Shown here: piece after piece, positions 12,103-24,270 of the stretch | Position numbering within the stretch: position 1 is the first letter of the stretch | How the letters are laid out: every line of letters begins with the position of its first letter | Assembly: GCF_001194135.2 (NCBI RefSeq) | Contig: NC_068984.1 | Location: forward strand, 131,723,798 to 131,787,797 | DNA from: Octopus bimaculoides | Taxonomy: Eukaryota | DNA length: 64,000 nucleotides | Direction: 5' to 3' | Program-made: the position numbers and the translations under genes | The notes under the pieces: model-generated | The model's input: the letters and a program-made list of their open reading frames with translations, nothing else | Database searches by the model: none | What the model was told of the DNA's origin: nothing

Positions 12103-14299
12103 TTAATTTATTATATCATGTATAAAAGTGTGTGTGTGAACATGTCTATATCAGTTCATATGTATATGTGCCTGTGTATATATATAGAAATGTATATGTG
12201 GGTGTATATTTGTTATATGTGCATGTATATACATGTATGTATATGTGTGTGCAAATATATACTTGAGTGTGTGTGTGTGTGCATGTATATACATGTGTGT
12301 ATTTGCGTATTACTAGTGTAATTCAACAACAAAGCAAAAAACCATCACTTTACAAATGGAGTTTTTGAAAGTATTTGTTCTGTATCTAATTACAGACACT
12401 CCCTTGTGACTATCACCACCAGAAATGTAGAGAATTAAAAGTTGGCCCTCTGGAAATCTGTAACTAATGACTGTTATTTTCTCTTTTGTAAAATAAATAA
12501 ATGATTTAGTTCAGTTTTAGTATGGATGATAGAAAGAGACAGGTGCATCAGATGAGATGCAGCTAAAAGCAAGCACATTGTTGTGGCAATTGAAGAACTA
12601 TAGGAAGAAGATAGCATGTCAAACAACTAGTAGTTGTAGCTGTTGGTGAGTAAGATAGCTTGCTTTAGTAATGGATTTGAACAAAAACAACTCTTGCTTC
12701 ATTCGTTAGCTTCAGAATAATTATAATAAAGATTAAAATATTTTACATCATCTAACAGCTGAAAATATTGCTATTATCTCTCTGTAAGAATGGGTTTAAA
12801 TGATGGTGATTTTTAAGGTGGGGAAGACTGAAGACAGCAGTAATACAACATAAGCATTGCTTATATTATATCATCATCATCATCATACATCCAAGCATGG
12901 GTTCATCAATGGATTGTCACATTTCTAGTTATTTCTCACTGGGAACCTCTGTTCTCATAGACTAGTGCTTGTACATGTCATCTTGGCCTTATTTCTATGG
13001 CTGGATGCCCTTCCTGTAACCAAACTTTTTCTACACATCTTCCTTTTACAGAATGTACAGGGTGCATTTTCTCAGGGCACCAACACTAGAAAGGTTGTGA
13101 AGTTCTCTGTGCGATAGAGCTAAAGAATCTTTGCATCCATATGCTTTCTCTGCTCATTTGCCATCCATGTACCTAGTGCATTTTTTTGTGACACCAGCAC
13201 TAGAGAGGCAGTTAATCCACCATGAGATAGGACTAATGAGACTGCTCGGTCATATTTTACCTCTGCTCGCTGTTCATTCTACAAGGTGCATAGAAGAGTG
13301 TAGCTTCCACCTTGGCTCCAGCACAGTAGAAGTGCCTTGTACACTTTAAGTTTAGAGAGTACTTAGTATTCTAAGCCATGTATTTTTCTCAGGTAATGTA
13401 ACTGAAGAAAGAAACGATTTAGAGAACGACGACAACAAAAGGCCAGAATGGACAGTTGAAAGAAGCAAGAATATGATGGCAGAGATAAAGTTATTAGGGT
13501 AGAGACAGAAGAGGAGTGATAGGCAATAGCAGAGACAAAGGCAAGTATAGGTAATGGGTAACAATAGAAATGACTAAGAGGAGAGAGAGAGAGAGAGAGA
13601 GAGGGTGATACAGAATACAATGCAGATACAATACAGAAAGGGTGGAGTATATTGGGTACAGGTGGTTTAATGCAGTGTCTTACACATAGGCCTGTGAAGT
13701 GTGAGAGAGGAAGAATGATAAAAATGATGGAATGTGATAACTGATAAGGAATTGAATGCTTTTAGGCTTCATACCATTCATTGTTATGCAAACAACACTT
13801 TTTGAACTCATCTTCAATAAAAAAAAAAACATAAAACAAAGAAAAAAGAAATTGGTGGTGTGTAATTTATATGTGAGGCTAGGAAATCTTGTGCAAGAAA
13901 TTTCATCATAATCACAAGCAGCTATTATAATGAATGTTGAATCACATGATCACATATTGCCTATAATTGCAGCTACCACGAATAAAATAAATACTGTGTT
14001 TTACTCAGTAGAAAAATTAAACCAGAAAGTGTTCCTCTAGGTCTGGTATTTTAAGCATTCTCATTGACACACTGGGAAGAGGTCAGTAGCTAGTGTGATG
14101 CATTGAAGTATATTAGTGATGGAGTTGATGGTGATGATGAATTCAGCTCAGTTTCTGAAAGTAACTGGTATGGAAAAATAAAAAACCCAAAATAGTGAGT
14201 GAAAATCAAGAGAGGAAAAAAATGATTGGAGTTTGTACATCAGGTTGTAAATGTGATAGGTATGACAGAGTAGAACTTTATCCCCATTATCAAGCATTT

Positions 14300-14560
14300 C
14301 TATAATGGTTGCTACTAATGTGAAGAGAAAATGTTTGTCGTATATTGCCTGTTTTCGACTTACCATTGTGAAATCTCCATAGTAATAGAACTGCTGAGAG
14401 GGTGTTTTCTGCATCAAAGATTGGAGAAAACAGAAAGAAGCTTTACTGGAAATGTCTTAAGTAAATTATTTTTTAAAAAGGCACATAGAGGGAAGCGGTT
14501 TCTATATCCAGAAATGGAGAAGGAACTTTTTAGACTGGATTAGAAGATTAGTGGTTATAC
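14300..14560 (+). mobile_element. pogo/Tigger-like transposase fragment (Brinker/CENP-B-type HTH)
   Basis: Frameshifted NRTAERVFSA...KDWRKQKEALLEM...KKAHRGKRFLYPEMEKELF. Confidence 0.6.
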
Positions 14561-15406
14561 TGTATCTCTTGTAGAGATAAAAATGGAAACTACCAAGTTA
14601 TCTCCTAATCCATTGTTTAAAACTTTATTTATGGTAAGACATGCACTCAGTCTGTGGTAGAAGCCAAGATATCTCAGAAATAACTGTCTTAGATCATAAG
14701 ATATAATTATTTCAGGCTTCCATTTTGAAGTTAAGGAAGTAGCTATTTAGCAACAGTGATGTTGAAGAATCTGGTTTTTATGACTTTGGATTTGATTTTA
14801 AGTTGTAATTAATACTCATTTATTATTAATTGATAATTTCATAATTGTGCTTAATCTATGAGATGTTCTTTGGTAACTTATTTGATTTGCTTTAATGACC
14901 CCCTTTGATATATTTTACTGTCACATAATATGAATGTAGCAGCTATTTGATAACCAGGTTCATAATTTATTTTATTAATAAATGTGTTCAACATAGTGAC
15001 TAATTTAACTCCACTAATAGCAAGAAACATTTAACTTGATTTGAAAAGCTCCATGAACCTCATTTTCCATGCAGATTTTGATTATGAAAGTTTTGTACTA
15101 AGTTTTCTATGCAATATTTAGAGTGCAATTTAGAAATGAGTAAATGCAGCATTGTTGTTTACAAAGTAATTTAGAAATTAACCAATATTTTTGCATCATA
15201 ACGTATTTTAGGTTTTAGGACCTTATGAGATGTTATTTTATTTGTTGCTTGAGAGAGAGTGTATGTATGTGTGTTAGCTTTGCTGTGCTTAACTCACAGT
15301 CAAAGGAAGAAAATTATTGATGGAATGGATTTAAATGATATCAATTTTTAAGGATGGGAAATAGAAGACAACAGCACAAGATAAACAATGCTGATCTCTC
15401 TCTCTC

Positions 15407-15443
<37 letters not shown>

Positions 15444-16601
15444 GTGCGCGCATGTTTGTGTAATATATATATATATCTCACACACACTTTCACACAAGTG
15501 AATTAAAAATTACCAATATGTTTACATTTCAAATATATTGTTACTGAATGTTATGTATCACATTCTCTGATTCTCTTTTATAATTAATATCTAACCTTGG
15601 TAGAATCCGATGAATATGAGATAATTTGCTAACCTGCTGTGAAAAATTATTAATTGTAACAGCTTAACAACTTCCTCATGCAATGTTATTTTGTTGAACA
15701 CTGACTGTATGTAACACAGTTTAGTACACTGTGTAGTCAAAATATGGTGAGCACTGAACATACTGGATTTGTCTATCTAACAGTTTCAGACTTTCATTTT
15801 AAAGTATCCTGTTTAGTACTGAATACATTAATTTATTTCTTAGACATAAGAGATGTGAGATGTAGTTAAATGAATTGAAACTAGAGTATTACTGGTATTT
15901 GTTTGTTTATTTAACAACCGAAAAATCAAAGACAGCAGTTTTTCATGTCAGAATAATGTTCTCTGACGATTCTTCCATAAAGCTTCTGGAGGGGAAATGA
16001 GATCGTTTAATGGTGGTGCTTTCTCAAAGACATTAGTTTTGTAAGAAAAGTGTAATGAATGATATTTTGACTTCACTGTTTGTTGGCAATTTGACTTCAC
16101 TGTTTGTTGCTATGTTATGCTTGAAATAGCTGCAAACCTTTTTGAGCCACAACAGAAATGTTGTTAAAGTAGTTTCAGTAATACAATATTAGTTTTAAAC
16201 ACAAGTAAAAGCTACACAGAGAATTATCTGCTCATCAGCAGGAATTTTAGCTGAATGATTAATCTGTTATATTTGTAAGTATGATGACAGAATATTAGCA
16301 ACTCACTAAGAAGATAATGTCTATTTGTAATAACAAGTTGAGTGCGGCAGAATATGATTGCTTTTTTTCCCACAGAACTCTGCAAACATAGTAAAAGCTT
16401 TATAAAAATGACATCTTTTTTTGGATAAGATAAAAATTGACAGTGGCTTAAATTTAAGAGATACTTTTTATATGGCAGGAAGACCAATCTCCAGTTTTTA
16501 TGGTTGTTCACTTTAGTGTTGTTTTTTTAAATTTTGGTTGGTAGTTCATTCAGTTTGATTATTATTATTAGTAGTAGTAGTATCCTTTTCTACATTTTCA
16601 G

Positions 16602-16696
16602 TGTACTGATGAAGCCGATAGTGCACATACACCTTTTGCAAAGACTATGACCTGCTACAATTGTTTGCCAGAATTAGTAGATAATTCTTTATCCAG
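16602..16696 (+). CDS. Candidate coding exon: CTDEADSAHTPFAKTMTCYNCLPELVDNSLS(R); internal (phase 0 to 2) or terminal (TGA at 16698-16700)
   Basis: Acceptor ccttttctacattttcag and donor CAG|GTGATT. Only phase 0 is open, for 32 codons, and the composition is protein-like. Confidence 0.65.
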
Positions 16697-17127
16697 GTGA
16701 TTTAATCAATGTTGAAGGTGAAGTTTGTGGTAGTGTAGAGACTGTAAAATCAATATTAATGATTAGAGGATTATTTTGATCAAGCTATATAGTATATATG
16801 TTAGATGCGTTATGAAACATCAAATGAGTTGAATTAAACTGCAATAGAGTTTGTAAATTTATTGGCTGGGGTATTATGGTCATATATTTCAAGTTAGTTG
16901 CAATCTGAGCAATGATGGAAATTAAAGAGTTGAGACACTTCCAAATATCATCAGGTTTTTCAGATACACAGTGTCTAACAATTTATACTAATCTCTCATT
17001 AGCATAGTAAAGCAGTAGAATCTCAGGAAACTGGCAATGGTCTGTGCCAGTAGTAATGCAAAGAGTTCAAACTGTGGGATAAATGTTACAATTGAGGAAG
17101 AAGTCAAAAGTTTCAAGCAGAATTTTT

Positions 17128-17606
17128 GGATCTATTTCAAAATGGGGGCACCAGTATTTTCTTCAGCTGAATAGAGTTACTGCTGGGCGGTCATAAAAAT
17201 GTTATTCCCTGTGACATATTTCATCCAGTTTAATCGTAATTTATACGCATATATTGTTTATATAATAAATTACGCTGTGCGTATCTATGTGTGTAACAAT
17301 TTTAGAGTTCGGATTCTAGAGTTAGGGTTAGGGTTAGGGTTAACAGTCTAGTTAGGGTTAGGGTTAGGGGATTAATACGATATACACCATTACAGCGCTA
17401 ACTGTTTTCAACTGAATAGACGTCAGTGATTAGTAGAAATTATCGAAATAAGACAATTTTTTACATGAAATAAATTTGAATATAAAAATTTTTTTCTGTT
17501 CTATAACACAAAATAGATAAGTATACGAAGTTTGAAAGTCTTTCGGTACCAAAAGCACTACATAAAACATAAATGAAAACTGGCGCCCCCGTTTTGAAAT
17601 AGATCC
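17128..17606 (+). mobile_element. Non-autonomous TIR element (Merlin-like by inference) with internal TTAGGG tract
   Basis: TIRs GGATCTATTTCAAAATGGGGGCACCAGT and ACTGGCGCCCCCGTTTTGAAATAGATCC. Perfect 8-bp TSD GAATTTTT at 17120-17127 and 17607-17614. TTAGGG repeats at about 17322-17370. Confidence 0.9.
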
Positions 17607-18739
17607 GAATTTTTCAATGGTGAGAGAGAGAGGAGGTATTTTTGTTTCACTGGAGTAATAGAGAGGAAAGTCATGAGAGTGAAAGAAAATTGTTACAACA
17701 GGGAATAAAGGAGGAAGAGGGAAAAGTTACAAGTGTTAGTGAAAAGAGTCGGTCAAATTTCCTCTTTGGAATTTTAACTTTACCATCTTTGACACTTCTG
17801 TTACCTTGTTCAGTATCTGCTTCGTTCGATACTTTCACCACCACCGACATGACATTTTCCCATCTCTGTTAATTATAGAACCACTGGCTGACACAAGAGC
17901 TGCAATCTTGTTCTTATAATTTCTTTGACTCCAATGAATTTGACAATAAAAACTTGGGTTTTTTTTTTTTTTCAATATCTAACAGAATGCCATATTTCTT
18001 CCTCCTTCCAAACAGGGTTATTCTGTATGGTGAGTCTATGCCACAGTCGACCAAGTCACCAGCAGAGCCTATACATGTTTTCTCCAAACACACTGAAGCA
18101 TTTTGACAGTTTCCTTTTCTACTACTTTTCTCTCATCTGCTTTGCTTCTTCAACAAACTCCCTTCTGCAATTTTTGCTGCCTTGCCTCTGACACCCAAAC
18201 AGCTTCTATATTTCCTAATCCTTCTTCCCTCATTTTCAAAATTGACAAAATCTTACATGACTTCATTAAAAGCTCCCTTCCAATGTCTTTAAATGTCCCC
18301 ATTGTGTATGCTATGCTTGTCCCTTTAATTCCAAGAGTGCACTCATAACTGGTCTCAAAGCCTATTGCACTTCTAGAATGTAAAGTGTAAATTCTGAAAG
18401 TGTCTATAAGTCAGTGAAAATGGATACCGTCTAGATAACAATTTCTGCAAGTGTATCTTGCAACCTCCAAATCCTTAATTCTGTTCGTCAGGCCACTTCT
18501 TCAAACATTGTGTGTATGTATATGCATGCACATATATATACATAAATGAGTTTAAAGGGATTTATTATCCTAGCGGTAGATGTGTTACCTCTCAAGATGA
18601 TTTCAGATGCCAGCTAACCACAACAGTCCTTATGTGGTATCCAAGCTAACAATTAGTTGCTAGGCTATGGTAACTTTTCTTGCTGGGTAAATTTGAGGAA
18701 ACACTTAGATGTATATATAAACAAACATAATTTACATCT

Positions 18740-18897
18740 ACATATTTATGCATTTCCTTAGGTTTTCTCATATGTAAGTGTGTGCATACACATAGATGTG
18801 CACACACACACAAATGCATATGTGTGTGTGCATTATGTGGCGGGGCTGTTTGTGTGCACTTACATATGAGAAAGCCTTAGGAAATACATAAATGTGT
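18740..18897. repeat. Fold-back inverted repeat (MITE-like)
   Basis: Arm ATTTATGCATTTCCTTAGGTTTTCTCATATGTAAGTG against arm CACTTACATATGAGAAAGCCTTAGGAAATACATAAAT, with an inner (CA)n/(TG)n second stem. Confidence 0.75.
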
Positions 18898-19620
18898 GAA
18901 TGTAAGTTGTTTGTTTATATATACATCTGTTTCCTTATATTTACATGTTTATGCATGTGTCAGTGTGTGTGTGTGTATGGTGTTTTCTTGTATTTACCTC
19001 CTCTCTCAACATTTTTCAAATCTGCTGGCATTCCTTATTTGACTGTTTTCCTCTCCTATAACAGCTACCTCTCTTTTCATCTCTATTACACCCTCCACCT
19101 TTAGTTTTGGTTGTTAGAATTTTCTCTTTCCCTCTTACTACTTCCAATTTATTATTCCAGCAACATCAGTAAGCACAACGTCTTTTTCCAATAAAAAATC
19201 ATGCCCAAAACTTAGATTTCTCTTCTTCACAGCATAAAATTTATTCCACTGCTTGATCTCTTTACCTTGGGGCCACTCTAAAACATCTTTATATTTCCTG
19301 TCTCAGCATTTGTTCACCTATAATTAACATCCGTTTCCAGTGCAATCCAAATTTTATTAAAGAAAATATCTGTATTTTAATGATGAATATTTAGCTTTTT
19401 ACATTTAGAATAGAATATTTTTGAGAACATTTGTATGATTGTCATTTTTTTTTTAACCTTGAAACTATTTTAATTATATTTATTAGATTCCTATTGTATT
19501 TGACATGTGATATTTTGAAAACTTTTAAATGAAAGTTTAGTATTTCATGGCCATAACAGGTATTTTGAAAGGAAATGAAGGGTGCACAATTTTTGTAAGT
19601 GATTCATCATTAGCTGTTAT

Positions 19621-19763
19621 ATTTATGAAAATACTAAATTAAAATCTTATATATATATATATATATGAAAATACTAAATTAAAATATTATATATATATAT
19701 ATATTTATGAAAATACTAAATTAGAATACTATATATATATACATTTATGAAAATACTAAATTA

Positions 19764-19805
<42 letters not shown>

Positions 19806-19849
19806 NNNNNNNNNNNNNNNNNNNNNNNNNNNNNNNNNNNNNNNNNNNN

Positions 19850-19889
<40 letters not shown>

Positions 19890-19906
19890 ATACAAAATTA
19901 AAATCT

Positions 19907-19960
<54 letters not shown>
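19621..19960. repeat. Minisatellite GAAAATACTAAATTAAAAT with embedded (AT)n, spanning an N gap
   Basis: Five recognisable units separated by (AT)n of variable length. Gap at 19806-19849. Confidence 0.85.
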
Positions 19961-19963
<3 letters not shown>

Positions 19964-20099
19964 ATTATATAATATGTATTGTTATATAGTATATATTATT
20001 CTATAATATATATAGACATTTATATAATAAATGCTAATACTGAACAGTGAGAATGAGTGCTCTGGTAGATAAATAGTCTTTATTTGTGGGTTAAGAAGA

Positions 20100-20885
20100 C
20101 TACCAATAGTTTCATATTAAGAAGGATCACTTTTTTAATGCCATTCTTGGGTCTTTTTAGCTGTGTGACAAAGAGCCCCATCTTCCATAAATAGTCTTCT
20201 TTAATCATTTCACCATTGGAGAAAATTGGAAGGAGTCTTTTCTGCAATATGGACGCATATTTATCTGAGTTTATGTTTCCATCACACTCCACCAGCTCTG
20301 ATTGGCCATTGCTTCAAATTGCTCCCCAGACCATTTCAGAATAGCTACCTTGTTTCATTGTTGGTGGCAATCTTTTCATGTTAAATTCTTTATCACAGAG
20401 TCTCCAGACCCACACTCAACTACTGTCAGAAAATATAGCAAATCTGAACTCATCAGAAAATATGATAGTGTCCCAAAACGCTAACAGCCACTTCACTGCT
20501 AAGTCAGAGGCCTTGCAATGAGGATTATCCTCCACACTTAACAAAGCAAATGGTCCTGTCAGGGTGCTCTGGTCGACCTGGGCAATGTGACATGGACTCC
20601 TTCCCCTCGCTGATGAATTGCACAATCACTCTATTAACTGTAGAAAGCAGGGGCATAACGTTTTCTGTGATTTTACACTAAGTTCACTTACAGATTGACC
20701 CACAATATGACCTCTATGAAATTTGGACAGTTCCAAGGCATCTTTTGCACATGGCATAATTAAACAGTCACATATAGAACCCAAAACATAAAAATGTCAA
20801 TTAAAAAAAAATGCAAACCTTTTTCAAGTTAAAATAAACAAAACAAGATTTTATAGCATGTCTATTTACTTTTGTCATGGATGTG
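20100..20885 (-). mobile_element. Internally deleted Tc1-like element
   Basis: Minus-strand WDTIIFSDEFRFAIFSDS and CDGNINSDKYASILQKRLLPIF...EDGA. One TIR-like end, CACATCCATGACAAAAGT, next to TA at 20886. Confidence 0.75.
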
Positions 20886-21499
20886 TATATAAATATGTAT
20901 ATATAGCCATGTGATTGAGTCTGAAAGCCTATAGGTCAATTCAGGATATTAAAAAGTTTTCTCACATGTACAAATTATAAGTGTGGGTAGTTTTAAATGC
21001 ACTAAATTAAAGTAAAGTTAATAGTAATTGTTTAGTTCCAGGATATCCTTGATTGTGGGTTAAATGCACTTCAGCTATGATTTTCTGTTGTTTTTAAATA
21101 CCTAGAATTACACTGAGTAATGTATTCTTCCTATTTTAAGATGATAGGATATGGTCGTTTGAGGGAGATTTTGGCTATTTATTGCAGCTCAAGCAACCAC
21201 ATAGAAGATCAGTGACTCAAATCAAGATAATTTTTCTGAAAGAAGTTATTAGAAATGAGAAAGAGTTATCAAAGGAAATCTCATACTCTTTTCTTGTTAT
21301 CAACATAGTCTTTTGGTCTATATTCAATGTGAGAATACTCTATCATAGCTGCTCATGCTGGGGTTCCAAGCCATTAATTTGATTAGTTTCGTCTCTAGCC
21401 CTCGTTCTGTAAAGTTGAGTTTACAACCTCTCTCTCCTTCATCACCAAAGAGAAACAAGTATACCCATCACAGAGTTTCTTATTTTCTCCCATAAACAG

Positions 21500-21581
21500 T
21501 GTGACCCTAATTTGGAACTTACCGCGGATATCACTCACAACTTAGGACACTGCATGAAGCATTTCCATATCTCCAAGACAG
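21500..21581 (+). CDS. Candidate coding exon (phase 0 to 1): CDPNLELTADITHNLGHCMKHFHISKT
   Basis: Acceptor tattttctcccataaacag and donor CAG|GTAACA, with an open frame of 27 codons. It is not directly phase-compatible with 16696, and it also overlaps a minus-strand GCG|GTAAGT donor. Confidence 0.4.
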
Positions 21582-23249
21582 GTAACATTTCTGATTGTCT
21601 GCTAAAATCTCTTGTCTTCCTGTCTCAAAAAGAATAGAGACATCACCAATGACAAACTTCTTTATCATTTTGAGTGACTTAATCTGTCTATTAACAGCTA
21701 ATAATTTTTTTTTTTTAGCGCTAGAGCAATTATTTTTTCTTAAGTTACAAACCAGTGGTCATAGAGAAAGCTTTGTTGCTCATGACAACAAGGCTTTTGG
21801 CTATACCTGTACAAGAGTCCCTTACATAAGTTGTTTATTTTTTGGCTCCATTTACCTTTCATTAAACTGACTAGGAATCCTCAACATGGTCACTTGACCT
21901 GTTGGTCAACTCACATTCTGCTAACTTAAATAAGTAAAGGACAGACTGGATAATGTAGAATTAGGATGATTACAGCTTGTATTCTTTTACTGGTAGGTTT
22001 GCTTGATCAGGGTTGACCTGGAGGTAAATAAAACAAGACCTAATCTCTTATATTGGAAGTTTCTTATCAAACCATGTATCAACAGGGCTTTCTCCCCTGT
22101 CCAATTCCATCAGGTTAGATGAACCTACCTCAGAGTTCAGTTATTGCTAATATCACACTCCTATCAGCTCCCACTCATTTCTTAGCATTTTTCTTATGAG
22201 CTTCATACATATTCCCCAAACAATGGCCCTGTAAATGAACATTTCAAAACTGTAAGGGCACAATCACTATATATAGCAAGAAAATGCATATACATCATAC
22301 TTTCCCTTCTAATGAACAACAGTATACAGCTAAAGCTTATACACTCTCGACAAACTCTTGACCTCTGGTCACCTTTCATAACAACAACAACAACAACAAC
22401 ATATCTATAATATAGTGAAGAGCTAGTCAAGACTGCATCTCAAAGGCTAAGCTCCCTGTTTGGGGGCTATAAATTATTTCAGCTTTAAACAGCTGCTGAC
22501 CTTATGATGTACAAGTGCATCTTTGTATTGCTCACTTAATTGGTTCAGTACTGCTGCCACTCACAAGCATGTCAAGAGAAAGGCCACACAACTGGTAGAT
22601 GGTAGACAAACCTTTACTCACCAACACATGACCACTCACTCACTCACTAATCTAGTGTTTATTTTTCCTTCCTTCTCTCACCCTCTCTCCCGCTTACTGC
22701 AACAACAATAGTTTCTGTTAGTCTTGCACTATAAGCATTTCTCTCTCTCCTTTTTTTTAAAGGATCTACTAAAGACAACTAGTTAGAGTACTATTTCTCT
22801 ATAAGGGTTTTGGATTAGTGATTATGTATTTATGTATATGAAGAGAGAGGAAGGTTAGCTAGTGAGAGAGTGGATTATGCTCTTTCTGTACTGATGCATA
22901 TGTTTTACAAGCACATGGAAAAGGAAGCAGGATTCTGCAGCTACATGCAGCTTGAAATTTGATCTATTTTAAAGTGAAAATTCTAAGAGTTGTATTTTAC
23001 TGCATCAATAAAAGTTGTCCTCAGATATTCTGCTCCTAAGAAAGGCCTTAAAATTAAAGGGAGTGAACTGTCAGGTACTGTTGAAATATTTAAAAATACG
23101 TATTACATAATATATATATATATTTTTTTTTTACATTATTACTTCATAGTAAAAAAAAATATTGTATGAAGCTACCTAATTTTTTTCTTTCTTTTTTCAC
23201 TATGTTACTATTTATCTTGTTTCTTTCCTTTACTTTTTCACTTTGAAAA

Positions 23250-24270
23250 TACTGATAATATACAATTTTTTTAAACATTCTAAAAGTTATTGTTACTATC
23301 AAGGCAGTGGATAGGTGAATAAGTAAAGTTTTGGACAAATGCGTCTCTATATTTGTTACTTTACGTTTGGAGTTCGAATCCCGATTGTTTAGTTTCATTC
23401 TTACTGGAGTCATTTAATCACTAATATTTCTTCAAAATATGTATCCTTGTGCCTGTATAAAATTGTTTTTCTTTTAATAATTGTTTCTGATTTACGTACA
23501 AGGCCTGCAATTTTGAGGGGAGGTATAAGTCGATACCACCAACCCTAGTTCTTGTCTGGTGCTTTATTTTATCGACCCCAAAGAGATGAATGGCAACGTT
23601 GACATCCGCTGGATTTGAACTCTGAGCGTATAAGAATCACGATCAAATACCGAAAGGCATTTTTTTTGCCGACACTCAAACTATTTCTACCAATTCACCA
23701 CCCTAATAATAACAATAAAGATTCTTTCTACTACTGACAAAAGGCTTGAAATTGTGTGGGAGGTGGGGCAGTCGATTACATCGACCTCATTGCCCTACTG
23801 GTACTTATTTTATCGACCCCGAAAGGATGAAAGGTGAAATCGACCTCGATAGGATTTGAACACAGAACGTAAAGACCCGGGAGAAATGCCGCTAAACATT
23901 TTGTCCGATGCGCTACCGATTCTTGCAATTCGCAATAATAATAACAATCCTTTCTACGAAAGGCACAAGGCCTGAAATCCGGGGGGACGGAACTAGCCAA
24001 TTACATCGACCTCATTGTTTCACTGGTACTTAATTTATCGACCCCGAAAGGATAAACGGCAAAGTCGACCTCGGAGGAAAATAATAATAATAATAATACT
24101 GCAGCGAGTGAAGTAGCAGAAATGATAGTGTCAGCGTAGCAGTGTTTTTAATTTAATCCTTACACATTCTGTGTTCAGATTCCATCAGGTCCACTTTGGC
24201 CTTTTATCCCACCAGGGTTGATGATAAAATAAAATACTAAACAGGGAGTCAACTGAATCAATCACCTGTG
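23250..24270 (-). mobile_element. Cluster of about 4 head-to-tail SINE copies (minus strand) plus one plus-strand copy, sharing the GTCGACTTTGCCTTTCATCCTTTCGGGGTCGATAAA domain
   Basis: The repeated motif TTTTATCGACCCC(G)AAAG occurs near 23570, 23812 and 24038, with (AAT)n between copies. The domain resembles the MetaSINE central domain (from recall, not verified). Confidence 0.75.

Noticed and set aside
17322-17370. TTAGGG repeats as a real telomere or chromosome fusion site
   Set aside because: The tract is short and lies inside a TIR/TSD-bounded element present twice.
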